From: the human T2T-CHM13v2.0 reference genome, Homo sapiens
Reading direction: 5' to 3' (one strand)
NCBI RefSeq assembly: GCF_009914755.1
Contig: NC_060929.1
DNA: 64,000 nt
The notes beneath the pieces were generated by a model. The model searched no databases. It saw only the letters and a program-made list of their open reading frames with translations, and had not been told where the DNA came from. Each line of letters opens with the position of its first letter. The first letter of the stretch is position 1. Below are positions 1 through 13,960 of this stretch, one piece after another. Position numbers and translations under genes: made by a program.

Positions 1-358
1 AATATCGACTGGGGAATTTCATACAGGATTATCTGGATGTACCCAATATAATCAAAAATATCTATACGAGAGAGAGGCTGGAAAGTCAGAATCATGAATG
101 GAAGTATAATGATGAAAGCAGATGTGGGAGCAATACCAATTCTGGGAAGGGCTCAAGTGCCAAGGAACATGGGCAGTTTCTGGGAATCTGGAAAGGACAA
201 GTACACAGATTTTTCCCCAACAGATCCTTTAGAAGAAACACAGATTTTGTAAACTACTTTGGCTTTCTGACCTCCAATATTGTAAAATACGCATTTGTGT
301 TGTTCTTTGCCATTGAATTTATGGTAATTTTTTATGGCAGCAATTGAAAACTAATGTA
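1..358 (+). mobile_element. MaLR LTR fragment (MLT1C/D-like)
   Basis: Typical MLT1 motifs: gccaaggaa..ggcag..tctggaaaggacaag..acagattt, ttctgacctcca, and the 3' end ggtaatttt..ggcagcaattgaaaactaat. Confidence 0.75.
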
Positions 359-479
359 AGAGGAGGAAGAAGAACACTGTAATATGGGTAAAGGCAAGAG
401 ACTGTCCTTCTTGATCTTTTTAAAGTATGTTTGACTATGGAAACCAAAATTATAGCCCTGTCTTATACAAAATAATACA

Positions 480-3400
480 CATAGTAATATTCTAGATAAA
501 AATAAATGCTAAAAATAGTTTAAGAAACCCACAGGAAGGCAAAAAAAAAAACAACCTAAATACACTCAAGAAAATACAGAAGCAGAAAATCAAACAAAAA
601 GAAAAAATTGCAGATTGATGTCTTAAAATATAAGTGAATATATTAAACATAAATGATCTAGGCATACAAATTAAAAGGCAGAAACGGGCAGAGTGGACTA
701 CATAAAAATGATCAGTGTATGTCTTGTTTATAAGACACTCATTTTAAACAAATCAATACTTTATAAAAGAAGAGCAATGCCCAAATACATATCGTTTCAC
801 TGAATAATTCTACAAAGATTTAAAAAAAAAAAAACCAATTCTACACAATTTATTACAGAAAGCAAAAACACTTACAACTCATTTGTGAGTTTAGTATTAT
901 CCTGATATTAAAACCAGGCTATGACAGCACAAGAAAGAAAACTGTAGATCAATATTCCACATGAAAATAGATACTGATATCTTCAACAAAATAAGATCAG
1001 AAAAAAATTCAGAAATATATTAAAAATTGTACACCATGACCAAGGGGGATTTATTTCTATGGGAGCAAAGCTATATCAATAATTTTTAAAGGACAATTTA
1101 ATTCATTATATTAACAGAGTTACAAAGAAATATTACACAATCATAGCATTAAGTGTAGAAAAAGTAATTGACAATATCATTCATGAAAATCTTCTAGCAA
1201 AATATAAATAAGGAAGGCCTTTTTCGAATTGATAAATAATATGTACAAAAACATCCTACAGGTAGCTTTATATTCAATGGAGAAAGACTTAATGGGAGAA
1301 ACACTGAATGCATTTTCCCTGAGATTGTAAACAAGACAATGGGGTCATCTCTCAATATTCTCAATCAATTCAATTCTAGAAGCTCTAAAGACTTCAATAT
1401 GGCCAAATAAATAAATAAATGAAGGGCACGCATGCTGCAATTGAAGATAAAAAAAAGTCCCGATTTGCCGATGACATAATTGTCTCCACTGAAACTCTCA
1501 ACTAATATACAAAAACCTCCTAAAATAAATTAGGTCATCAAGGACACAAGATACAAGCAGGATACAAAATAAACATCCAAAAATAATTTGTATTTTTATA
1601 TGCCAGCAATAATCACATAGATACTAAAATTAAAAATTTTATACCATCTTCAGTTGTTCGCACACACGAAGAAATGTTTTGTTGTAAATGAAATATGTAG
1701 AAGACTTGTGTATTATAAAGATGTGCAATGGTTATGAAAAGATCAAAGAAGATTTAAATAAAGAGAGACATATACTATGTTCATGAATTGGAAGACAGCA
1801 CATGAAAGATGTTAATTCTCCATAATTATATACAGGTATAACCAAATTCATATCAGAATATCATTAAGATTTTTATAGATATAATGAACATTATTCTAAA
1901 ATTGGTATAAAAAAGCAAAAGACCTGAAGAATTAAAATAATATTGAAAATTATGAATATAAAAAGAGGAATCAGTCTATCCATTTTTAGACTCACTATAT
2001 ACCTACAGTAATCAAGTTTGTGTGATATTGATGGAGGAGTCAATACATAGATCAACAAAACAGAATAGAGAACTCAGAAATAGACCTATATGAATATGCC
2101 CAATTGAGTTTTGACAAAAGTGCAAAAGCAAAATCATAAAGGAAACATAACCTTTGCAACAAATGTTCTAACATTCGTTATAGCAATTGGACATGTCTCA
2201 AACTTTATAAAAAGATTAACTCCAAATGGATTACAGACAGAGTGGGAGAAATAGAGAGATGTTGGTCAAAAGATATGTTTCACTTATGTGATGTGAAAAC
2301 TTTATAGAGATCTAATATACAGAATAGTGACTATAGTTATTAATACTGTGTTGACTATTTTAACTGTGCTAAGAGAGTAGATCTTAAGTGTTCTCACCAC
2401 ACACACCTGCTAAAAGGTTACTATGTGAGGTGACCAAGATGAATATGTTAGTTTTCTGTAGTAGCCATTACTCAATGTACATGTATATCAAAACATCATG
2501 CTGTACACCTTAAATTTATGCTTTTATTTTAAAAGTGATTGCAGACAAATGTAAAATGTGAAAAATAAAACTTTTGAAAATTAGGAGAAAGATATTTGAG
2601 ATCTAGAGCTGGGTAAATAATTCTTTTGCTGTGCAGAAGCTCATGTCCTGCACATGTACCCCTTAACTTAAAGTAAAAGTTGGGGAAAAGAAAGAATTCT
2701 TATAAAAGGCACAAAAATCAAAGAAAACTTTGATAAGTCAGACTTCATTAAGAACATCGAAATATATTTTCACTGTGAATGAACCTTTGAAGAGGGATAA
2801 AAGACAAGCTGCAGGCTGGAAAAAAACAATTTCAAATTACATAGCTATCTAGATTTTACAGAGAAGTCTCAAAAGGCAACAGGAGGAAAATGAGAAATCA
2901 AATGAAAAAATTGGCAAAGGACGTGAAGAACCATTTTAATAAAGAAGGTGTATGGATAGCAAATAAGCACATGAAAAGATATTCCTTATCATTAGCCACC
3001 AAGGCAAGGCAAATTAAAACCGCAATGAACTATTACTACAGACATATCAGAAATGCAAAATTTAAAAACAAAATCAAACCAAACCAAAAAATGTGGCAAC
3101 ACCACATGTTGATGAACATGCAAAGAAGTGCAATCACTCACACACTGATGACTGAAATACAAAATGGTTCAGCCACCCTGAAAAACAATTTAAAATTTCT
3201 CAAAAATCTGAACATATCACTACCATATGAACCACAGTTTGATTACCATTTGCCAACAATAATTGACATTTATCCAAGAAAAATGAAAACGTATATTCAC
3301 AGAAAACTTGCGCATAAATAATTATAGAAGCTTTATTTGGAAATAACTCAGATGTTTTTCAATGGATAAATAGAAACCCCACAAAACCATGGTATATCAA

Positions 3401-3838
3401 TATCATAGAATATCTCCCAACAAGGGAGAAAAAACCACTCTTTATAAATATAAGAATCTTGATGAATTTTCAGAGGAATTATAGTAATAAAAGCCAATCC
3501 CAAAAGATATATTTTATGATACAATTTATATATAATTAGCAAAATGAAACTAGAGAAATAACAGATTAGTAGTTGCTAGGAGTTAAAGGGGGTGAAAATG
3601 GAAGGAAAGTGCTCGTAGATATAAGAGTAGCATAAAGGATGCTGTAGCGATGGAAGTGTTCGGTATCTTGTCTGTATTTTATGTCAAAATCCAGATTAAA
3701 ATATAGTTCTATAGTTTTACAAGATGCAATCATTAGAGTAGATCTAATAAAAGGTACATAGTACTTCTGTATTATTTTTTACAACAGCATGGAAATCAGT
3801 AATTTTCTTAAAATAGAAAAAATAATTAAAAACATTAA
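480..3838 (+). mobile_element. Old L1 (L1MC-like): degraded ORF2 and 3'UTR
   Basis: A-rich strand with ORF2 remnants (tttgccgatgacataatt, the FADD motif, at ~1464). ORF 2890-3321 resembles the L1 ORF2 C-terminus (ANKHMKRYS..IKT). An L1MC-type 3'UTR ends at ~3835. Confidence 0.85.
2240..2530 (+). mobile_element. L1MA/MB 3' end fragment nested in the L1MC
   Basis: Motifs gctaagagagtagatcttaagtgttctcaccac and tatatcaaaacatcatgctgtacacctt; flanked by gattacagac / gattgcagac, a probable TSD. Confidence 0.7.
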
Positions 3839-4551
3839 AATCTTGTTTGCTTTTTAATTTGGTATTTACAACCATATTTCTCTAGTATTTACAACTCTAT
3901 TTCTAAACCAAAAGTATGTAGAGCTATTTTTAAATTTTCATGTTTGAAATATATTTATACTATACTTTACCATATGAGGATTTACCTTTATTAAAATGTG
4001 TTTATAGTCACACATATAAACACATAAACTCACCGTCTTCATCAGTATTCTCAGCCTAAAGTTCACAGCAACTCATGGTTAAATCATTATTCACTCATTT
4101 CAATTATTTAATATAAAAATATTTTTATGATCAAGCCATGTTATAATTATTATTCCTCTGTAATCAAACTATTTCCTTTTCCCCGATATTAATTATTTTG
4201 GACATTTAGTTCTGTCATGAATTGAGAATGTTTGGCTACATAAGACATAAAGAATTTGTGGAAATCTAGCATGCATGCTGTGGAGGCAAAACAACTGTAA
4301 TAGAAGGGTAGTAAATATGGATAACAGAATGGTGATGTAGGACCTAGAGATGGTAGGAAGTAAGTGAAAAGCAGGGAGATTGTGGCCTGAGATATGAATG
4401 TATCAGGAAATGACCACAGAGAGACTAGTCATCTGCCTCTTGCCAAACATTTCATGTACAATGCTGAAAGTGTATATTGACAAAAGTCCTTACTGAAGTG
4501 AAGCTAATCAGAAGAAAGGCTTCTTATCGCCAATATTAGGCTGAAAATCAT

Positions 4552-4874
4552 CTTTCTCTCTGTCTCTCTCTCTTTCTTTCTTTCTTTTTTTTTTGGACGG
4601 AGTTTCGCTCTTTCACCCAGGCAGAAGTGCAATGGCAGGATCTCGGCTCCTTGCAACTTCAGCCTCCCCGGTTCAAGTGATTCTCCTGCCTCAGCCTCCT
4701 GAATAACTGGGATTACAGTGCCGGCCACCACACCCAGCTAATTTTTGTATTTTTATTAGAGACAGGGTTTCGCCATGTTGGCCAGGCTGGTCTAAAACTC
4801 CTGACCTCAGGTGATCCACCCACCGCGGCCTCCCAAAGTGCTAGGATTACAGGAGGGAACCACCGCTCCAGGCC
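4552..4874 (-). mobile_element. Alu (AluS-like) with CT/T-rich tail
   Basis: Full antisense Alu consensus (ctcctgcctcagcctcc, cctcccaaagtgct). Confidence 0.97.
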
Positions 4875-6149
4875 TAAAATTCATATTTGTAAATCACTTT
4901 GTTAATATTGGACACTAAGGAGATTGCAATACAGACACTTACCTCTTCTGAACTGACATTCATGGTAATACACGCAACATTTACCTTGGTAGTTATTCTT
5001 GTTATATAGTGGGAGGTAAGGCTTTATCCTAGACAGCCTTTTAAGTTAGAAATGACGAACTATATCAATAAATTATATTGCAAGAAAATCAACAGGACCA
5101 GATGGCAGTCATTCAAACATTCTGCAGACTCTTTAAAATTAATTCACTGAGCTAAAGATAAAAATATGTATAATCCATCATTGACAACAGCTATCCTGCC
5201 TAAAGACTGGACATCAGCCAATCTTCAACGTCTATGCTGCCACAAAAGTAACTAACGTAAGAAGCATATATAAAAACATTTGAAAGAGATTCTATGGTTT
5301 CATATAATAAAGTAAGCTTACATCCATTTTTCTGAAAATTGTCTTAGGAAATATAGTTTGTCTATATTTTCTATAAAGTCACATATTTATGTAGATAAAT
5401 AGATAATGTGAGTTGTAATATGATAAAATTAGGCTTCATGTAAATGCAAAATCATTTGGCTAACCTAATTATCCAGGATAGTAGAGGATTGGTATGTTAA
5501 AAGGTAGACTTAAACTTGGTATAGTTTGGATACCATCTCTAAGAACAAGCTGTGTTAGCTTAACAGGCATGAGATTTTCTAGGATTTCTAAGTATACTGT
5601 GACAATACTGAGGGTAAAGGATTTTTCTAGAGAATGCTTGTCAGCAAACCTGTTCTTTTGTGAAAGCGGTGGACCCAGAGCATAATTTAAAGATGTATTA
5701 ATATGGGATATTATCTGACTCTTTTTTAGAAACAAAAGTTATAAAGAGAATCTGTATATTTCTCCAAGTAGTATCAATGGTTTTCACAAATATGAGAATT
5801 GTTTTGCACTTGCAAAAATCCTATTTGCCATACAACAAATAATCATAGAAATCATATTCCCTCATGTCCACAGGTCATGTTCATAATCAAAGGAAAGGAG
5901 TTACACAGGAATAAGTCACTGGGGATCACTTCAGCACTCTGAAAACCACAAAGTTTACTTTGTTTCTAATATGCATTTACTCTTTGAAAAGCATAGTAAA
6001 TTTATGTGATTGCAAAGTAAAAACAAAACTTTCTTGATCCCACTCTCCAATTTTAAGTTCTAATAAAAACAGTTAAAACTGTAAAACAAAGAAATACATA
6101 AAGGTAGGAGAAAGTAAAATTATTCTTTACATTATAATGTCAACTAACA

Positions 6150-7015
6150 TGTGGAAGAAATGACAGTTAAACTCATTGTAATAAGATTTTGATATGTATC
6201 AATGGATGTTCAAACATTAGATGAATGTTTGTTGAAAACAGGATCAAAATTGCTCCCCGTAAATGACTTATCAAATTCTAAGGGAAGGAAGGAAACTGTG
6301 TATGGGAAAATCTGATGGTCACTTCCACACCAAGGTTACCAGCATCAATGATGGCGTGCACTGATACCAGGTGTTCCTTGATGTATCATTTTACACTGAA
6401 AAGGATACAGCTTCAAGTATATTATATTCCTGCCAAAAATTAATTACCTGGATCTAGTTAGGATAAAATATGCAAGCAAACACAACTTGTGGGACCTTCT
6501 ATAAAGCTCTTGGCCTCTACAATTCAGAAATATCAATGTGAAAGGCTGAAAAACAGTTCCAGAATAAAGTATGCTAAAGGAACATTAACATTGAAAGTAA
6601 AATACATTTTTGTGTTGGAACTGGAGTTGAATAAAAATTGCTATGAAGGAGGTTTTAAAGGTAATTAATAAAAGTTAAACATGAATTTGATGAGAATTAT
6701 AAGTATTGCATCCATGTAAATTACGTGAATTTGATAAATGCCTTGTAGTTTCATAAGAGAATGTTCTCCTAGTTCCTAGGATATTCATACTAAAGAATTT
6801 AAGGGTGAAGGATCATGTTATCCAACACTTAATTTTGGATGTTTCAACATAAATATTAATAATCCTAATAATATGTATATATTTATTGATAAGTAGGAAT
6901 AAATAAGGAAATGTTAGAAATCTGTAAATCTAAGCAAAGTTTAATCCATTTTTATTGTACTATTCTTACAGTTTTTATTTAGGTTTGATAATTTTCAAAA
7001 TAGAAATCAAATAAT
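6150..7015 (+). mobile_element. Old L1 3'UTR (L1MC4/L1ME-like)
   Basis: Motifs attcctgccaaaaa, ataagagaatgttc, ttgtactattcttaca..tttcaaaata. Confidence 0.55.
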
Positions 7016-8179
7016 AAAAGTCTGTTTAAAAGATTTAAAATATTCCCAAAACACAATTGGTTCCTTTCCAGTTGAAATAAGAGCTATTTTAACCCCTTCT
7101 GGAAAATATTAATTGAAAAAATAGTGAGAAACTTACACTGAGAACCCTAGAAAAATGTATGTTGACATATAAGGGAACAAAATTAGAGAAAAAGAGAAAA
7201 CAAAAGCAAAGGAAGATAAGTGCAATTGGAGTACACACAATAATTATGTTATTTTTGTTTAAAAACAAATTTGTCCCTTTGTACTATTAATCTCATATCA
7301 ATACAACAGATTTTATAAGCAGAGCAGTGAATATATTTCAATGGAAATCACATATACGACAGTTTTATATGCACTTTGGACAAACTCTGCCCCAAAGATA
7401 AAATATAGCATCTGTTTCACTATGCATTGAGGAAATGCAGAACAAATTTAAAAATGAGGCAAAGTATTATATTCTGCCAATCTATTTAATCACTGCTTCT
7501 TTTGGTCTTTATTTTTTAAAGTTAAAAATAAGCTGTTCACATGTGGACATGGAGACACAAGAAAAATGTACGTTATGTCGACATATGTATGCTTAGTCAC
7601 ATTTTGGAGCATGCGCACTGTTGCTACAAGAAGTAAATTGCATCATTATTGGTAAAAGTCAACGAAAAACATTCAATTTAAAATAAATGCCGGGCTCTGG
7701 GATTTCTTCACCAAAATTTTTAATAATTATTTCTATTGTTAGTAAAAATTTACTAAAACACTAAAAAAGAGTATTAATAATAGAAATATTCTAGTATCTC
7801 AGATATATTTATACTAATGATATTACTAATGAGATTACATTTGCTATAAAGTCACACTGTACTACAACAAATAGAGCAAAAATCCCTCCCTCATAGTAAG
7901 TAGAAAAACCTATTGTTCTTGTCCAGATGAGCACCCTGTTTCAGGTATGCAAGTCTGTTGCTTAAAACACTGAAGAGACGATGTCCAGGGGTTGTTGACC
8001 CAGTGATGGTGTTGGTGTTTCAGAGTCAAACCTTGATGCTATGCGGTAGCTTTTACTCTTTGGCTACTCTTTAGCATATAGCAGTATTCTTTCATCCCCT
8101 TCCTCCCTTCCCTCTTTTTCTTCCTTACTTCCTTTCCTCCTTTCCTTCTTCTCCCCTCCTTCTCATTTGACCATATCCA

Positions 8180-8490
8180 TTTGGCCACAGTGAGCTGTCA
8201 GTTAAACTAACACTAGATGACACACAGTGACCTTGCTTTGATGTCTCTTTGATTGCTGGCTTTTGGCTGAGATACTTTTCATACAACTTTTCGTGTGACT
8301 TCACCAGCAGCCTAGCTCAGGGTAAAAATGTTCCAATAGAGCAAGAGCAGAAACTACATGTCCTCTTGAAGTCACGGCTTAGAACTTACAATTTGTCATT
8401 TCTGCCTTATTGTATTTCTCAAAGCAAGTAACATGGCCATCCCAGATTTAAATGATGGCAAAAAAGACTTGATGGGAGAGACTACAAAGT
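8180..8490 (-). mobile_element. MaLR LTR fragment (MLT1G/H/J-like), probably followed by MLT internal sequence to ~10620
   Basis: catttctgccttattgtatttctcaaagcaagtaacatggccatcccagatt..ttgatgggagag. Confidence 0.5.
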
Positions 8491-9399
8491 ATTTTCTGCC
8501 ATCTGTAACCTGGTATAATGCCTCTTCTACAGTGGATGCTACCTGGCGAGTGTGGAGACTTTCACCCATCATGTCCCTTTCCACTAATGCATTCAAATGC
8601 TTCTTTCTTAGGCTTCTTTGTTTCTAATTGTCTACTTGCTCCTTCCAGGACTCTGATAATAAATTGATAATTACTTTTAAAAAGCTAAGCCACACTCAGT
8701 TCCTAGAATTCCAGGAATATCCCTACCTCAGGCCACTTCTCCTTCCTCACAAATTTCATGGCCAGAAACACTGGTCAAAGTCATGTGTACTAGGAGCATT
8801 TTGGGGCCACCTAGATTGGGGCAGTGTGTCCATTCTGGTAGCACACAATCATATCAAGTTGATGTCTCCATAGAACAGAACTGTAATTTTTCCCTCTGAC
8901 ATCTGCTGCTCTTAAGGATCCTCTCGCAAGGCTACAGAATGAGATAAATTAAATAAACTGTTCCTCAGAGGGCATATATGTAATACATGAATACTCCAGA
9001 CTTGATCAGACTTGAAGCCAAAACCACTGCTATTTCATTGGGCTATGGAGTACTATGGTTCCCACTCAACTTTAGGACTGGCTGGGCTGAAAATTTCCAG
9101 TTTATGATGAGCAATACCAGTTGTAGAGTCTTTTAATGGCCTTTGTTTAGGTATGCTGTCTACTATGGCAAGCATGCCTGGAGCTGCTTTTTATATCATG
9201 GAGAGCTTTTTACATCATGTAGACTCTATATACTGCTACTTAACAGAGAGCAGTGGTTCATGATGGAGCTTTGGTTCATCTGATATTAATAAGTTGGCCC
9301 TGTAGCCAACATCCCTAGGAAAACCTCTTTATGTTTTTGACCCTTCTATCAATATTCTTATGAAACAATTCTGATATTTCCACTAAAGTGTTAAGTATA

Positions 9400-9540
9400 G
9401 ATATTATATATAATATTTATTATATACATACACATATATATCTATTTATATACACACACAAATACAGAGAGGGAGAAGAAGAGGGTGAAGGAGAGAAGAA
9501 GAGAAAAAGAAAGACAAAGAGAAAGAGAAGTAGGGAGAAA
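9400..9540. repeat. TA/CA tract followed by GA-rich low-complexity sequence
   Basis: Directly visible. Confidence 0.8.
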
Positions 9541-10953
9541 GACATAAACTTTAAAGAGCCATCCTAGAAGTGTTTTAGGACTATCTCCAGGTGTCCTGTT
9601 CAGAACTTTATATCCTAAGTTATCTGAGTTATGGGAGCATGCTCCCACATCAATATTTTTATATTATTTTACTTTAGGGATATGTTCTAGAAGAGTTTCA
9701 TTCTTTATTATCAAGATCCACTTTTTGCATTTTCTCTGATTCTTGGTCCACATTTGCCAAGCCCTGAAGTTATTTTGGTGGGGCAGGAACACTTTCTCCA
9801 ATTGGTTCAGCTAGTTCATCCTTCCATAATTAATTATGGAGGTACAATTCAAACAGATTTTGGTGAGATAAAATATCATCGTGTGAGACAGACACTTCAT
9901 CTGAGAGCTTCATGTACTTTTCAGTCTGCCATTCCTAACAGAGAAGACAGAGTTATTTCTTCTAGCCCAGAGGTGGACAGTTGGAAACTGCTCATGAGTT
10001 ATGAGAATGTTAAGAGTGGTAAGACCAAGGGAAATTTGGCGACTGGGGGACCTAAAGTGCATCCACCCAAACGCCAGCATACCAGGTCCCAGGGTTTCCT
10101 CACTTACCTCTCAGGGACCCCATTCTAGCATAAAACATATCCTTGTGATTCACATTTAACCTTTTTTCTATAACTCTTATACTCACAAAATCAGTGGCTG
10201 GAATTCTTATCAGTGCAGTTTTTTTCCTGGCTCCAGGAGATGAGCGCCTTTGTCACGGAGGTGTTCTAGCTTTCACACCAAGCCATGAGTTTGTGGTTAC
10301 CTAACATAAGCCTATTATTTCCTTCCTTCACAGTATTTGTGGTCCTTAGCTACAATCAAAAACTCTGCAATACTTAAAATTACTTTTTTGCATCTCAAGC
10401 ACTATGGATATTACATAGGTCCGTAAATGCTTCCAGTTGTATGCTGTACATCTCAGTTCACAATATGTAATAGTCTTCAGAATTGTAATGCTATATATGA
10501 CATGTCAAGGAGTGTCACCACCCTATCTAAAAGCAGCAATGAGTCCCTGACTGCCATCTGGCCAGCATAATAGTCAATGTCACAATCCCATTCCGAAGAT
10601 CTGCTTCCTAGGACAATACCAGTTGTCTTAGTTGAGATTCCCCTAAAGATACCCACAAAGTTTTAATTACAAGTAGCTTATTTAAAAGGTAATCCCAAGA
10701 ATCACTGGCACAGAATAGGGAAGAGTAAGGGAGAAACCAGTGGCCATGCAGTAGACTGTACATTGTCAATAAATTACTTTCATGAGTACTTGGAGCTTAA
10801 TCCCACCAAAGAATTCTGAAAGCCAGTGTAGAAGCACCTGCCTAAGAATGAGCCCACTGGAGGATTTACTCATTAAGTGTTTTCACTCATTGTTTGAGGG
10901 CTACTGGAGAAAAGTCTGGGAATAATAGTCATTATTTCCTCACCATTTCAGTC

Positions 10954-11298
10954 TGGTATGGACTGAACTGTGTCTCTCTAAATTCATATGTTGAAACCTT
11001 AATCTCCCATGTGACTATCTGGCGATAGAGTTTTTCAGAAATAATTAAAGTTAAATGAGGTTGTAAAGGTGGAGCCCTAATCCAATAGTATTATTGGTGT
11101 TATAAAAAATAGGAAGAGAGAAAGAGCTTGTTCTTTCTCTCTACCATGCGAGGACACAGCAAGAGGGTGGTGGTCTGCAAGCCAGGAAGAGAGCCCTTAC
11201 CCGAAATCAAGCTCTATTTGGACTTTGCAGTCTCTAGCACTATGAGAAAATAATTCATAATTGAGTCACCTAGTCTATGAGATTTGGCTGATTAAGAC
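10954..11298 (+). mobile_element. MLT1A-like solo LTR
   Basis: tatggactgaactgtgtctctctaaattcatatgttgaaacc..aagttaaatgagg..gccctaatccaat..ctgcaagccaggaagagagccc..taagaca. Confidence 0.85.
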
Positions 11299-12179
11299 AC
11301 AGGTCTACTACGCATGAAGGGCAAAAAGATATCTTTTGTCAGAGGTTGACTGTGGGAAATTGGACAAGGGTGACAAGAACGTTAAGGGCAAGTGTGACAA
11401 AGACTATGGGATATTAGTGTGGTACTGACAGCCTCTGTTACAACTATCATAGGAAAATTGTATACATTCATGGATATTTTACTTCAAGCATCTTATACAT
11501 GTAAGGATGGCGTTTACTCAAAAAAATGATGTTTTATGGGGATAGGTGCTCACTGTCTACCACAAGATTTCAACAAGTACAGAGAGGTCTTGTTAGGCTT
11601 AGCATTAGCTGAACCTTTTGCATAATATGACAAACAGTTTGATAATGTTAACAATTTAGATACTAAAATAATTAGTACTGAACCTATTTAAATATACAGT
11701 AGGATAATAAGGATAGATAGTTTTAATGATCCAATCATTGTTTAAAATTGCAAAATCAATTAGTGTTTTTTATTTGACAAGACACTCTGTTTTCCTATTG
11801 AGTAGTGTGATTTATAATAATATAAACTATTGATTATATGTTTTAGTCATTCTAAGTAATTAAGACCCAGGAATTGTAATAGAAATCTAATTCATTGTTT
11901 TCTTATTCAAATTAAGAGCCCACTTTATTATAACAAACCATGCTGATAGACTGGTACACTCATGCTGTAAATTATACTACATTATGGAATCTGCAAAACA
12001 CACTTCCATGGACCTATACCTCTTCCCAAGTATTATCTATACTTTATACCAATTATTTTCTGATATTTAGATCTGAAGACCTAATTTGATTCAGTTTCCA
12101 TTTCTAGAAAAAATGCTTTATACCTGAACATGTGAAATTTCAACAAAACCTACCCACTATTCACTGGTCCTTGTTTTAT

Positions 12180-13960
12180 GGATGATTACCCCACTCATGA
12201 CTATTGCCTACAATCTATATTTCAAAAAGGCTTGAAAATAGTGACATTCAAATTATATCATGCCTTATTCACTTATTAACTAAAATTATTTGTTTTTTAG
12301 ATTTAATAATCTGATCCATTTGGGATTTATCTGGGATATACTGTGAGAAATTGATATAGTTCTTTTTCCCAAATGACTAGCAAGGTATCTCAAATATTCC
12401 TTATTGTAAAACCTAATTTTTCTTCATTTTTTTGAGGTAATGTCTTTTTATAGTCTAAATTTTGAAATGTAGTAGTGTTCACTTATGGAATTTCTGTTCT
12501 GTTCCATTGGTCTGCTTTCTTGTAGGCCAATATGACAATCTTTTAAATGTAGAGACGTCATAATACTATTCCATACCTGGTAGATTAGCACACCATAATT
12601 GCTCTTACATTTTAGGAAATTTGTTACTCTCCTTGACTGTTTGTGATTCCAACTATAATTAATAATCAGCTTGCTTCCGAACAAAACTTGATGGTATTTT
12701 TAGTGGTAATGCATTATATTTATAAATTAACTTTTGGGCAACTGATAACTTTATGATATTTTCTTTCTGTGCAAGGATATAATAGGTCTTCAAGTATAAT
12801 AGTGAGCCTTGATAAATTTTTTATGGTTTTCTAGATTAGGAATATTTCCCATTAAGCTTATGACTAAGATTTTGTCTGCTCATTTTTTTAAGTTAAATAA
12901 TTTTGTTTTTGAGCAGATTTAATTTTACAGAAAAATTGACTAGGAAATATTGACACTTCCCCTATGTCTTATCATGACCTTCAGTTTCTCCTATTTTGTC
13001 TTACATCAGTCTGGCATATTTGTTATAAATAATGAATTCATATTGATATGTCATTGTTAAAGTTTATAGTTTACATTAGAATTCACTCGCTGTGTCATAC
13101 ATAATGTAAGTTTTGACAAATAAATAATGGTATTTGCCCACCATTACATAATCCTCAAAATAGTTTCATTGTTCTGAATATTCCCTGTGCTTTATCTATG
13201 CATCCCTTTTTCCTTCCAAAATTTTGGAAACCACTGTTTGTTTTACTCCCCATGGTGTTGCCTTTTCCAGAATGCCACATAGTTGGAATCACATAATATG
13301 TAGTCTTTTCAGACTGGTTTCTTCCACTTAGAAACCTGCATTTAAGTTTCCTCCATGTCTTTTCATGGCTTGATAGATCATTTCTTTTTATTATGGAATA
13401 ATATTTCATTTCCTATATGCACTACCATCTGTTTATTCATACACTTATTGAAGGAACATATTCCTTGCTTCTAAGTTTTGGTAATTGTGAGTAAAGTTGC
13501 CAAGGAGCACCATTTGTGGTCATATGGAAAGAATATGTTTAGTTTTTTAAAAGCCTATCAACAGCCTTCCAAAATGACTGTGCCATTTAGCATTCCTCCC
13601 ATCATTCCTTGTTGCTCTGCATACTTGCTACTTTTGGTGCTGTCAGTGCTTTAGATTTTAGCCTTTCTATCTGATAGGTGTGTAGTAATATCTCATTTTA
13701 TTTTTAATTTTTTGCTTTTGTCTTGTTTCCATTAAAACTAATAGCCACTTCTTGCTTTGTCTATATATGTTTTATTGGTTTTATGTTAATTTTACCTAAA
13801 GTATTTATCTAACATCACTTTCATTATTTTTTTAGAATATTTTGGTGGTCAGGATGTATAATTATGCTGTCTAACTAGATTATTTTACCTCTCCTTTTGA
13901 ATTTATTTTGCCTCTAGTTGTTTTCTCTCCTCTAGTCAATTTGTACTGACCAGTATAGTC
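12180..13960 (-). mobile_element. Old L1 fragments (L1ME ORF2 with a nested L1MC/MD 3' end at ~12890-13700)
   Basis: Antisense L1 motifs tctgttctgttccattggtct and ccttttccagaatgccacatagttggaatca; ORF 13155-13409 (MKYYSIIKRN) is an L1 ORF2 C-terminal remnant. Confidence 0.75.

Noticed and set aside
2890-3321. 143-aa ORF
   Set aside because: Degraded L1 ORF2 C-terminus.
9754-10128. 124-aa ORF
   Set aside because: Non-ATG start and no recognisable domain; probably lies in decayed MaLR internal sequence.
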